Shown in pieces: positions 39,969 through 48,467 of a DNA stretch of 64,000 bases. The notes beneath the pieces are model-generated. The model was given only the letters and a program-made list of their open reading frames with translations. It was not told where the DNA came from and did no database searches. The translations under genes were made by a program, and so were the position numbers. This DNA comes from an uncultured Candidatus Saccharibacteria bacterium (GTDB lineage: Bacteria > Patescibacteriota > Minisyncoccia > UBA6257 > UBA9933), in NCBI GenBank assembly GCA_964642155.1, contig CAZXNT010000002.1, forward strand, positions 1,801 to 65,800, read 5' to 3'. Each line of letters starts with the position of its first letter. Position 1 is the first letter of the stretch.

Positions 39969-40913
39969 CCGGAGCTTCCAGAAGTAGAAACAATCGTCAA
40001 TGACTTGAGAAAAAAAATCGTCGATAGAAAAATTACGGGCGTTTGGTTTGACGCGCCAAAACTTATTAAAAAACCGAAACCGAAAGAATTAGAAAAGCAA
40101 ATAAAAGGATTGAAAATTATTGACATCAAACGTCGCGGGAAAAACATCCTTATTTATTTAACTACAAACTATAAATTACGAACTACAAACTATTTATTAC
40201 TGATTCATCAAAAGATGACGGGGCATCTTTTGTACGGGAAATGGCGAGTAAAATGTGATAATTCCAAAGTTACATTTCAACTGCTATCGCAGTTGAAATG
40301 TAATAAAAAACGAAAAGTTGAAAGTTTAATCAAGGGCGTTTTGGAAGAAAAAGTTAATAATTACATTCATTTTATTCTTTATCTTGATAACGGTTGGCAA
40401 GTCGGGCTTTCGGATTTGAGAAAATTCGCCAAAATTTTATTCGGCAAGAAAGAAGAAATTGAAAATTTGGCGGAATTAAAAAATTTGGGACCGGAGCCGT
40501 TAGACAAAAGTTTCAAGTTTATAAAGTTTGTAAAGTTAATAAAGTTTCAAAAGCGCAAAATCAAACAAGTTTTGATGGACCAAAATGTTATTGCCGGCAT
40601 TGGCAATATTTATTCCGATGAGATTTTATGGCAGGCGAAGATACATCCGTTCAAGCTGGCGGATGAATTAACAAATACTGAATTAGAAAAAATTTATTCA
40701 GCCACAAAAGAAATTTTAAAAAAAGCCGTAAAATTGCGCGGAACTTCAATCAGCGATTTTCGCGACGCTTTTGGCAAAAGCGGAGGGTATGTTAAAATAT
40801 TAAAAATTTACCGGCGCGAAGGCGAACTTTGTCAACGTTGCGGAACAATTATAAAAAGAGTTAAGATGGGAGGAAGAAGCGCTCATTATTGTCCCAAATG
40901 CCAAAAGATATAA
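39966..40913 (+). CDS. fpg: Formamidopyrimidine-DNA glycosylase (Fpg/MutM) carrying two in-frame repeat-derived insertions
   Basis: MPELPEVE catalytic N-terminus, H2TH, AGIGNIY, and the zinc finger CQRCG...CPKCQ. Inserts at 40161-40192 (TTNYKLRTTNY) and about 40240-40330. Confidence 0.9.
   Translation: MPELPEVETIVNDLRKKIVDRKITGVWFDAPKLIKKPKPKELEKQIKGLKIIDIKRRGKNILIYLTTNYKLRTTNYLLLIHQKMTGHLLYGKWRVKCDNSKVTFQLLSQLKCNKKRKVESLIKGVLEEKVNNYIHFILYLDNGWQVGLSDLRKFAKILFGKKEEIENLAELKNLGPEPLDKSFKFIKFVKLIKFQKRKIKQVLMDQNVIAGIGNIYSDEILWQAKIHPFKLADELTNTELEKIYSATKEILKKAVKLRGTSISDFRDAFGKSGGYVKILKIYRREGELCQRCGTIIKRVKMGGRSAHYCPKCQKI
40270..40304. repeat. 35-nt perfect palindrome, copy B, inside the fpg coding sequence (encodes VTFQLLSQLKCN)
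   Basis: ttacatttcaactgctatcgcagttgaaatgtaat is identical to 28177-28211. It lies within a roughly 30-aa insertion relative to other Fpg proteins. Confidence 0.9.
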
Positions 40914-42583
40914 AAAAATACATTTTTATTGTCGGCGGCGTGATGTCCGGAGTCGGCAAGGGCGTGGCAACGGCTTCAATTGGCCGCATTTTGCAATCCC
41001 GTGGTTTTGAAGCGACGGCTTTAAAAATAGACCCTTACGTCAATGTTGACGCCGGCACTATGAACCCGACTGAGCACGGCGAAGTTTTTGTTTTGAATGA
41101 CGGCACGGAATGTGACCAAGATATGGGGAATTACGAAAGGTTCTTAGACCGTGATTTAACCGGTGAAAATTATATGACCACTGGCAGTATTTATTTGTCA
41201 GTAATCAATAAAGAACGCAATCTTGAATATGGAGGGAAATGTGTTGAGGTTGTGCCGCATATTCCGCTTGAAGTTATAAGTAGAATTGATAAGGCGCTTG
41301 TGAAAAACAAAGCGGAAATTGCTATTATGGAAATCGGCGGCACGGTCGGCGAATATCAAAATATTTTATTTTTAGAAGCGATTAGAATGTTGAAATTAAA
41401 AAAACCTGGCGACGTTCTTTTGGTTTTAGTGAGTCATCTACCGTCTTTAAGTGATGGCGGTGAATTAAAAACTAAGCCCACACAATATGCAGTAAGAACT
41501 TTGAATTCTACGGGTCTTCAACCGGATATAGTTATTGCTCGGGCGGCCGTGCCTTTGGATAAAAAAAGAAAAAACAAAATCGCTTTTAACTGCGATATTC
41601 GCGAACAGGATGTTATTTCTGCTCCGGATGTCAATAATATTTACGAAGTGCCGGTGAATTTTGAAAAAGATAATTTAAGCCAGAATATTTTGGAAAAATT
41701 AAATTTAAAACCGAGAACCAGCGATTTAAAAAAATGGAAACAGCTTGCCAATTTAGTGAATACAGCGAAGAAAAAAGTAAAAATCGGCATTGTTGGAAAA
41801 TATTTCGGCACCGGCAATTTTATTTTAACGGACTCTTATATTTCCGTCATTGAAGCGATAAAACACGCCGCTTATTTTTTAAAAGCAAAACCGGAAATTT
41901 CGTGGATTGATGCCGAAGAATTTGAAAAAAATCCGCCTTTGGCAGGACGAAGCCTGTCTTCGGCGAGGCGAAGTCCGCGCAAGCTCAAGGAATTGTCAAA
42001 ATATCAAGGAGTTGTTATTCCGGGCGGATTTGGCAGTCGCGGAGCGGAAGGAAAAATCGCCACCATTAAATATTGCCGAGAAAATAAAATTCCGTTTTTA
42101 GGGCTTTGTTACGGAATGCAATTATCGGTTATAGAATACAGCCGTTCGGTTGCCGGATTAAGGAATGCCAATACAACTGAGGTCAATTCCGATACCCCGC
42201 ATCCGGTTATAGACATTTTACCGGAACAGAAAAAGCATTTGGCGGATAAAAATTACGGCGCCACAATGCGGCTCGGCGCGTATCCAGCGGCGATTAAAAA
42301 AGGAACAATTGTTTATAACGCTTATAAAGAACATCTTATCTCCGAGCGCCATCGCCATCGTTATGAAGTTAATCCCGAATACATTGAAAAACTTGAAAAG
42401 AAAGGATTGGTTTTTTCGGGATTTTCTCCAAATCGCAAGTTGATGGAAATTATTGAATTGCCAAAAGAAAAACATCCGTTTTTTGTCGCCACTCAATTCC
42501 ATCCGGAATTAAAATCGCGGCCATTTAAACCACATCCGTTATTTAGGGAATTTGTAAAAACGGCGATTAATAGAAAGCCATGA
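40889..42583 (+). CDS. pyrG: CTP synthase, with a GC-rich in-frame insert in the glutamine amidotransferase domain
   Basis: YIFIVGGVMSGVGKG, GGFGSRGAEGKI, LGLCYGMQ. Insert AGRSLSSARRSPRKLKELS at about 41931-41990. The ATG at 40898 is an alternative start. Confidence 0.9.
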   Translation: MSQMPKDIKKYIFIVGGVMSGVGKGVATASIGRILQSRGFEATALKIDPYVNVDAGTMNPTEHGEVFVLNDGTECDQDMGNYERFLDRDLTGENYMTTGSIYLSVINKERNLEYGGKCVEVVPHIPLEVISRIDKALVKNKAEIAIMEIGGTVGEYQNILFLEAIRMLKLKKPGDVLLVLVSHLPSLSDGGELKTKPTQYAVRTLNSTGLQPDIVIARAAVPLDKKRKNKIAFNCDIREQDVISAPDVNNIYEVPVNFEKDNLSQNILEKLNLKPRTSDLKKWKQLANLVNTAKKKVKIGIVGKYFGTGNFILTDSYISVIEAIKHAAYFLKAKPEISWIDAEEFEKNPPLAGRSLSSARRSPRKLKELSKYQGVVIPGGFGSRGAEGKIATIKYCRENKIPFLGLCYGMQLSVIEYSRSVAGLRNANTTEVNSDTPHPVIDILPEQKKHLADKNYGATMRLGAYPAAIKKGTIVYNAYKEHLISERHRHRYEVNPEYIEKLEKKGLVFSGFSPNRKLMEIIELPKEKHPFFVATQFHPELKSRPFKPHPLFREFVKTAINRKP

Positions 42584-43398
42584 TTCTATTTCTATACGGC
42601 CCCGATTCTTTTCGCAAGCGGGAAAAAATCAAAGAAATTATTACCAAGTACGAAAAAAACCATCAATCAGTCGGATTTTTTGATTTCAAAATTAAAAATA
42701 TTGACGAAGAATTCAATCGGCTGTTTGAATTTTCGGCGAGCCATTCGCTTTTTGAGAACGTTAAATTAGCCGTGGCGGAAGACATAATTGAAAATTTCGG
42801 CAAAGAGAACCAAAAGCCCTTTATTAATTTTTTAAAAGCCAATCTTGAAAATCAAGAGCTGACAATTTTAATTTCCGAAAACAAGGCGCCGCTTAAAGCT
42901 TTTGATTTTTTGCTTAAAAAACCGGTTTTATTCCAGGAATTCAAAAATCTTAGCGCGAATCAGCTGGAATTTTTCATTAAAAAAGAAGCGGAGAAAAGGG
43001 GATTGAAATTAACCGCTGACGCAATCGCATTTTTGGCTGATAATTTCAATGAAGACGCATGGGGATTAATCAATGAAATTGAAAAATTATCGCTGTTTAA
43101 TGATAAAAATTTTAACGGTAGCCGGCTAAAAGAGATTATTGATTATAACAAACCGACAAGTTCAAATGATTTTTTTAAAAAAATAAACGCCTTGTTGTTC
43201 AGCCGTTCTTTTGAAGAAAAATTGGTTAATTTGGAAATTTTGCTTGGCCGTGATGAGCCGGCTAAAATCTTCAATTTCTTGGCAAGCTTTTCTTCTAACC
43301 CGCCCGATTTAATTAAAAAATTCGCCGATTATGATATTGCCGTAAAATCCGGTAAAATGGATTACGAAGAAGTTTTACTTGATATAGTTTTGACTTAG
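42580..43398 (+). CDS. holA: DNA polymerase III delta subunit-like protein
   Basis: N-terminal LFLYGPDSF (clamp-loader delta pattern) and size. ATGA overlap with pyrG. Confidence 0.55.
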   Translation: MILFLYGPDSFRKREKIKEIITKYEKNHQSVGFFDFKIKNIDEEFNRLFEFSASHSLFENVKLAVAEDIIENFGKENQKPFINFLKANLENQELTILISENKAPLKAFDFLLKKPVLFQEFKNLSANQLEFFIKKEAEKRGLKLTADAIAFLADNFNEDAWGLINEIEKLSLFNDKNFNGSRLKEIIDYNKPTSSNDFFKKINALLFSRSFEEKLVNLEILLGRDEPAKIFNFLASFSSNPPDLIKKFADYDIAVKSGKMDYEEVLLDIVLT

Positions 43399-43414
43399 AC
43401 GGGGTTGGGGAGTG

Positions 43415-43443
43415 TTGACATTCATCAAGCCATAACTTATTAT
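43415..43443 (+). promoter_or_regulatory. Sigma70-type promoter upstream of infA (TTGACA, 17 nt spacer, TATTAT)
   Basis: ttgaca ttcatcaagccataact tattat. Confidence 0.6.
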
Positions 43444-43454
43444 TTCTTTTTATA

Positions 43455-43670
43455 ATGCGAGACATAAAAAAAGAAAAACCGATTGAAGGGATTGTTATGG
43501 AAGCGTTGCCGTCTTTGACGTTTAAAGTAAGGATTGGCAATGAAGATGAAATTTTGGCTTATCTTGCCGGAAAAATGAGATTGCATTATATTAAAGTTTT
43601 GCCCGGGGACAGAGTTCTTTTGGAATTAAGCCCGGACGGCAGAAGGGGAAGGATAATCAGAAGACTCTGA
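43455..43670 (+). CDS. infA: Translation initiation factor IF-1
   Basis: S1-like [31 protein letters not shown]. Confidence 0.9.
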   Translation: MRDIKKEKPIEGIVMEALPSLTFKVRIGNEDEILAYLAGKMRLHYIKVLPGDRVLLELSPDGRRGRIIRRL

Positions 43671-43764
43671 TAATTAAGAATTCAGAATTCAGAGTTAAGA
43701 ATTATCGGAATATAAAATTCTAAATTCTTACTTCTAAATTCTAAATTAGCGAGTGAAACGAGCT

Positions 43765-43881
43765 ATGAAGGTTCAATCATCAGTTAAAAAAATTTGTAAA
43801 GATTGCAAAACTGTCCGGCGTCAAGGCCGGATTTATGTGATTTGCAAAAAAAATCCAAAACATAAACAAAGACAAGGATAG
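43765..43881 (+). CDS. rpmJ: 50S ribosomal protein L36
   Basis: 38 aa [38 protein letters not shown]. Not in the ORF track (under 60 aa). Confidence 0.9.
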   Translation: MKVQSSVKKICKDCKTVRRQGRIYVICKKNPKHKQRQG

Positions 43882-43905
43882 AAATAAAATAAATTAGCAA
43901 AGCTT

Positions 43906-44289
43906 ATGCGTTTACTTGGTATCAACATCCCGGACAATAAAAAAATTAAAATAGCCTTAACCCATGTTTACGGTATAGGCCGCTTTTCGGCTATTAATAT
44001 TTTAACGTTAGCCGGAGTTGATCCGGAAAAAAAGACGAAAGATTTAACCTCTGAAGAAACGAATAAAATCAAACAATTGATTGAAAAAAATCATAAGATA
44101 GAAGGCGAATTGCGCCAAGTTATCAAGGGTAATATTGTGAGGCTTAAAGAAATAAAATGCTACAGAGGCTCAAGACATGAAAGAAAATTGCCAGTTAGAG
44201 GGCAAAGAACAAAAACAAATTCTCGGACAGTCCGCGGTAATGTTAGAAAAACAGTCGGCAGTGGAAAAAGAAAAGTTGATTTGAAATAA
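43906..44289 (+). CDS. rpsM: 30S ribosomal protein S13
   Basis: MRLLGINIPDNKKIKIALTHVYGIGR... Confidence 0.92.
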   Translation: MRLLGINIPDNKKIKIALTHVYGIGRFSAINILTLAGVDPEKKTKDLTSEETNKIKQLIEKNHKIEGELRQVIKGNIVRLKEIKCYRGSRHERKLPVRGQRTKTNSRTVRGNVRKTVGSGKRKVDLK

Positions 44290-44429
44290 TCCCTCACCCT
44301 TCAAAGATTAAATATTATTAAACTTTGATAATGAGGGAATAAATTAAATTTTGTTAAAATAAATATAATTCAAAGAATCAATATTTTTCATTTTTTTAAA
44401 TGAAAAATAAAATCTTTGAAGGGTGAGGG
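44290..44429. repeat. TIR-flanked intergenic element, copy 1 (between rpsM and rpsK)
   Basis: Begins tccctcacccttcaaagat immediately after TAA, and ends atctttgaagggtgaggg immediately before ATG. Confidence 0.9.
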
Positions 44430-44894
44430 ATGGGACAAAAAAAAGTTATAGAAAAAACTGAAAAAGATATTTTAGAAGAAGGCAAGAAATTGGAAGAAAC
44501 GATGGCAAAAAAATCTTCCGTTAAAAAAAGCGGACAAGTGGTTGGGAAAATAGGCGTTGGCGTGATTTACGTAAATTTCAGCTATAATAATACCATGCTT
44601 ACGGCAACCGATAAAAAAGGCAATGTGGTTGCGTGGATTTCCGCCGGCTCTTTGGGTTTTTCGGGGCCTAAAAAAGCCACGCCATTCGCGGCTTCAAAAA
44701 TGGTGGCAGCTGTGTCCGAAAAATTAAAAAAAATCGGTTTTTCCGAAATTGAAGTGGTGATGAAAGGAGTTGGTAGTGCTAGAGATTCCGCCCTGAAATC
44801 TTTAGCAGGTCAAGGATTTAGTATTTTATCAATAAAAGACGTGACGCCAATTCCGCATAATGGTCCGCGTCCGCCGAAAAAAAGAAGAGTATAA
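44430..44894 (+). CDS. rpsK: 30S ribosomal protein S11, with an N-terminal KE-rich extension
   Basis: NNTMLTATDKKGNVVAWISAGSLGF... Confidence 0.9.
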   Translation: MGQKKVIEKTEKDILEEGKKLEETMAKKSSVKKSGQVVGKIGVGVIYVNFSYNNTMLTATDKKGNVVAWISAGSLGFSGPKKATPFAASKMVAAVSEKLKKIGFSEIEVVMKGVGSARDSALKSLAGQGFSILSIKDVTPIPHNGPRPPKKRRV

Positions 44895-44901
44895 TTTTAT
44901 A

Positions 44902-45522
44902 ATGTTAAGAGCCAAAGAAAAAAAAGAACGCGCATTGGGAGTTAAGCTTGGTTTAAAAGCCGAGCGTTGTGATTCGCCGAAATGCGCGATGATAAGACGC
45001 CCTTATAAGCCGGGCGTACACGGTAAGAGCCGTCGTCGCAAATCTGCCTCGGAATACAGCCAACAGCTTCTTGAAAAGCAGAAAATGAAGATAATCTACG
45101 GTTTGAAAGAATCACAATTGAAAAAAATCGTGAAAGAAATAATGAAAAAGGGATTACCGAGTCAGAGAATAATTGTTCTTTTGGAACGCCGTCTTGATAA
45201 TGTAACTTTTAGGACTAGATTGGCGGCATCAAGAATAATTGCCAGACAATTGGTAAGCCACGGTCATATTTTTGTCAATAATAAAAAAGTAACCATTCCT
45301 TCATATTTGGTGAAAGCGGGCGATGTTGTATCAATAAATCCATTGTCCAAGAATCTATTGATTTTTAAAGATTTACAGAATATCATTAAAAAACATGACG
45401 CGCCGGAATGGTTTCAAGTTGACGGCGATAAAGTGGAAGCGAAAATAAAATCATTGCCAGCAAGAATTTCAGAAGAATTATTATTTGATCTAAACTTGGT
45501 CGTGGATTATTACAGCAGATAA
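44902..45522 (+). CDS. rpsD: 30S ribosomal protein S4
   Basis: CDSPKCAMIRRPYKPGVHG zinc-finger-like N-terminus and an S4 domain. ATG at 44902, after the rpsK stop. Confidence 0.9.
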   Translation: MLRAKEKKERALGVKLGLKAERCDSPKCAMIRRPYKPGVHGKSRRRKSASEYSQQLLEKQKMKIIYGLKESQLKKIVKEIMKKGLPSQRIIVLLERRLDNVTFRTRLAASRIIARQLVSHGHIFVNNKKVTIPSYLVKAGDVVSINPLSKNLLIFKDLQNIIKKHDAPEWFQVDGDKVEAKIKSLPARISEELLFDLNLVVDYYSR

Positions 45523-45526
45523 AAAT

Positions 45527-46312
45527 ATGCAATATCAATACCTTAGTGAAACAGTAAAAATTAAAAAAGTTTCGGAAACCGACATTGAGGGGGTTTTTGA
45601 AGTTGAAGGGCTTTATGCCGGTTATGGCCTTACTTTGGGCAATGCCTTGCGAAGAGCGCTTTTGTCTTCTTTACCCGGCGCCGCCATTACCCAGATAAAA
45701 ATTAAAGGCGTAAAACATGAATTTTCAACCATAGCGGGCGTAAAAGAGGATATTGTGGAAATTATTTTAAATCTTAAAAAAATTCGCTTTAAGCTTTATT
45801 CCGATGAACCGCAGGTTCTTTCTTTAAAAGCGAAAGGAGAGAAAAAAATTTTAGCCAAAGATATTGAAGTCAATTCTGAAATTGAAATCGTTAATCTTTC
45901 CGCTCATATTCTTTCATTAACCGGAAAAAATGCCGAAATTGAAATGGAATTAACCGTTGAAAAAGGATTGGGATATATGGCGGCAGAGAATAGAAAAGCC
46001 GATAAATTGCCAGTGGGCGTGATTGCCATTGATTCATTTTTCAGTCCGGTTATTGGCGTGAATTTTGTTGTTGAAAACATGCGCGTTGGAGAAAGAACGG
46101 ATTATAACAGATTAAGGATTTTTATTAAGACGGACGGAAGCATAACGCCGTCAAAAGCGCTTCATAAATCCGCGAATATTTTGAAAGACCATATTGAAAA
46201 AGTGGCGTTGATTGAAGTGAAAGAGATTGAACTAGAGAAAACTTCATCTGCCGGGAAAAAAGGGAAAAAAGCGGTTAAGGAAAAAGAAGAAAAAAAGAAA
46301 AAAAAGAAATAA
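45527..46312 (+). CDS. rpoA: DNA-directed RNA polymerase alpha subunit: N-terminal domain only, no alpha-CTD
   Basis: The alpha-NTD is conserved (..GYGLTLGNALRRALLSS..). The protein ends after a Lys-rich tail at 261 aa, and rplQ starts 1 nt later, so no CTD is encoded here. Confidence 0.85.
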   Translation: MQYQYLSETVKIKKVSETDIEGVFEVEGLYAGYGLTLGNALRRALLSSLPGAAITQIKIKGVKHEFSTIAGVKEDIVEIILNLKKIRFKLYSDEPQVLSLKAKGEKKILAKDIEVNSEIEIVNLSAHILSLTGKNAEIEMELTVEKGLGYMAAENRKADKLPVGVIAIDSFFSPVIGVNFVVENMRVGERTDYNRLRIFIKTDGSITPSKALHKSANILKDHIEKVALIEVKEIELEKTSSAGKKGKKAVKEKEEKKKKKK

Positions 46313-46662
46313 TGAAGCATCTTAAAAAAGGAAGAAAATTTCATAGAGCAAAGGGCCAGCGCCGGGCTCTTTTAAAAAGTTTAATCGCTAATTTAATCAT
46401 TAAAGAAAAAATTGAAACCACGGAAGCGAAAGCCAAAGAGATTAAATCGGCAACGGAAAAATTAGTCACGCTTGCTAAAAAACAAAACGTGGCATCTTTA
46501 AGGATTATTTTATCAAGATTAACCAATAAAGCGGGGCAAAAATTATATTATCAAATTGCGCCGCGATATATTGAAAGAAAGGGGGGATATTTGAGAATAA
46601 TTAAATTGGCGAAAGTCAGGAAGAATGACGCCGCCAAGATGGCGATAATTGAGTTTGTATAA
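46312..46662 (+). CDS. rplQ: 50S ribosomal protein L17
   Basis: MKHLKKGRKFHRAKGQRRALLKSL... Confidence 0.9.
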   Translation: MKHLKKGRKFHRAKGQRRALLKSLIANLIIKEKIETTEAKAKEIKSATEKLVTLAKKQNVASLRIILSRLTNKAGQKLYYQIAPRYIERKGGYLRIIKLAKVRKNDAAKMAIIEFV

Positions 46663-46669
46663 ATGGGGA

Positions 46670-46698
46670 TTGACACGAAGCAGTTGATTGGCTATCAT
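46670..46698 (+). promoter_or_regulatory. Sigma70-type promoter for tuf (TTGACA, 17 nt spacer, TATCAT), followed by a roughly 120-nt leader made of heptamer repeats
   Basis: ttgaca cgaagcagttgattggc tatcat. The leader contains (GAATTAT)n and its inverse (ATAATTC)n. Confidence 0.6.
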
Positions 46699-46817
46699 AT
46701 TAATTGTCGTTAAAATAAAAAAGTCGTAAATAAATTGAATAAAGAATTAAGAATTATGAATTATGAATGGCAAAAATCAATAATTCATTATTCATTATTC
46801 GTAATTCATTAAAAACA

Positions 46818-48017
46818 ATGGCTGAAAAAGCAAAATTTGAAAGAAATAAGCCGCATTTAAATGTCGGCACGATTGGACACGTTGACCACGGCAAAACTAC
46901 TTTGACTGCCGCGATGACGCATGTCCTTAAATTAAAAGGTCTTATTGATAAAGAGGAGAGGGTTGATGAGATAGATAATGCTCCGGAAGAAAAAGCTCGC
47001 GGTATTACTATTGCCATTCATCATTCCGAATACCAATCCGAAAAACGGCATTACGCACATGTTGATTGTCCGGGACACGCGGATTATATCAAAAACATGA
47101 TTACGGGAGCCGCTCAAATGGACGGCGCGATTTTAGTTGTTTCCGCGGCTGATGGCCCGATGCCTCAGACTCGTGAACACATCTTGTTAGCGCGCCAAGT
47201 TGGCGTTCCGTCGGTAGTTGTTTTCTTAAATAAAGTTGATATGGTTGATGACCCGGAACTTATTGATTTAGTTGAAGCCGAAGTAAGGGAGCTTTTAAAA
47301 AAATATCAATTCCCTGGCGATACAACACCGATTATTCGCGGTTCGGCCGTGAAAGCTTTAGTTGCGGCCTCAGCAGACGATGAAGCGGCTAAGCCGATAT
47401 TGGATTTGCTTAAAGCTCTTGATGATTTTATTCCAGAACCGGTTCGTGAAACCGATAAGCCGTTTTTGATGCCCGTTGAAGACGTATTTTCAATTGAAGG
47501 CCGTGGCACGGTTGTTACCGGAAGAATTGAAAGGGGAATCGTTAAAGTCAACGATGAAATTGAAATTATTGGAATAAAACCAACTGCAAAAACCGTAGTC
47601 ACCGGTATTGAAATGTTTAAAAAACTTCTTGATGAAGGACGAGCCGGAGACAATGTCGGCGTTTTACTCCGCGGACTTAAAAAAGAAGACGTGGAGCGCG
47701 GACAAGTTTTGGCAAAAACCGGAAGTGTTACTCCGCATACTGAATTTGAAGCCGAAGTTTATATTTTGAGCAAGGAAGAAGGTGGACGCCACACCCCTTT
47801 CTTTAAAGGATATAAACCGCAATTTTATATCAGAACGACCGATGTCACCGGAGAAGCATTTTTGCCGGAAGGAATGGAAATGGTTATGCCCGGCGACACA
47901 GTAAAACTTAATGTCAAATTGATTGCGCCGGTGGCTCTTGAAGAAAAACAGAGGTTTGCCATCCGTGAAGGAGGAAAAACTGTGGGAGCGGGAGCGGTAA
48001 CTAAAATAATTAAATAG
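46818..48017 (+). CDS. tuf: Elongation factor Tu
   Basis: [25 protein letters not shown]. The ORF track start at 46767 is an upstream extension. Confidence 0.95.
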   Translation: MAEKAKFERNKPHLNVGTIGHVDHGKTTLTAAMTHVLKLKGLIDKEERVDEIDNAPEEKARGITIAIHHSEYQSEKRHYAHVDCPGHADYIKNMITGAAQMDGAILVVSAADGPMPQTREHILLARQVGVPSVVVFLNKVDMVDDPELIDLVEAEVRELLKKYQFPGDTTPIIRGSAVKALVAASADDEAAKPILDLLKALDDFIPEPVRETDKPFLMPVEDVFSIEGRGTVVTGRIERGIVKVNDEIEIIGIKPTAKTVVTGIEMFKKLLDEGRAGDNVGVLLRGLKKEDVERGQVLAKTGSVTPHTEFEAEVYILSKEEGGRHTPFFKGYKPQFYIRTTDVTGEAFLPEGMEMVMPGDTVKLNVKLIAPVALEEKQRFAIREGGKTVGAGAVTKIIK

Positions 48018-48051
48018 CAGGCACGAAGTAGTAAGTAGAAAGTTTTTTACA

Positions 48052-48381
48052 ATGGCTAAAAAAGAAGAAGATTTACAATCAAAAATCAGATTAAGGATAA
48101 GGTCTTACGACCATCGGTTGATTGACAATTCCGTCAAGCAGATTATTGAGACGGCTTTGCGCAACGGCGCCGAAGTTATTGGACCGATTCCTTTACCAAC
48201 GGAAATAAAGCGTTACACCGTTAACCGTTCAACTTTTGTTCACAAAACGAGCCGTGAACAATTTGAACTTCGCGTTCATAAGCGGCTGGTGGATATTCTT
48301 AATCCTAACCAAAAAATCATTGAATCTCTCGGCGGTCTAAATCTTCCCGCGGGAGTGGACATAGAAATCAAGATGAAGTAA
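48052..48381 (+). CDS. rpsJ: 30S ribosomal protein S10
   Basis: [23 protein letters not shown]... Confidence 0.92.
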   Translation: MAKKEEDLQSKIRLRIRSYDHRLIDNSVKQIIETALRNGAEVIGPIPLPTEIKRYTVNRSTFVHKTSREQFELRVHKRLVDILNPNQKIIESLGGLNLPAGVDIEIKMK

Positions 48382-48393
48382 AGATGAAATAAT

Positions 48394-48424
48394 AAAAAAC
48401 CCCCCGCAAAGCGGGGGGTTTTTG
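48394..48424 (+). terminator. Strong rho-independent terminator after rpsJ
   Basis: aaaaaaccccccgc aaa gcggggggttttt. Confidence 0.85.
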
Positions 48425-48467
48425 GTTATAAGCGGATTTTTGATAAGCAATATGGTAAAATAAACTT

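Noticed and set aside
40510-40550. The AAAGTTTA octamer tract inside fpg as an insertion
   Set aside because: Alignment with other Fpg proteins shows no length change in this segment (31 residues between GPEP and AGIGNIY in both). It is repeat-like sequence drift rather than an insertion, unlike the palindrome-containing segment at 40240-40330.
42218-42502. Antisense ORFs within pyrG, nrdJ, secY and other conserved genes listed in the track
   Set aside because: These are short antisense readings inside well-supported housekeeping genes with no independent evidence.
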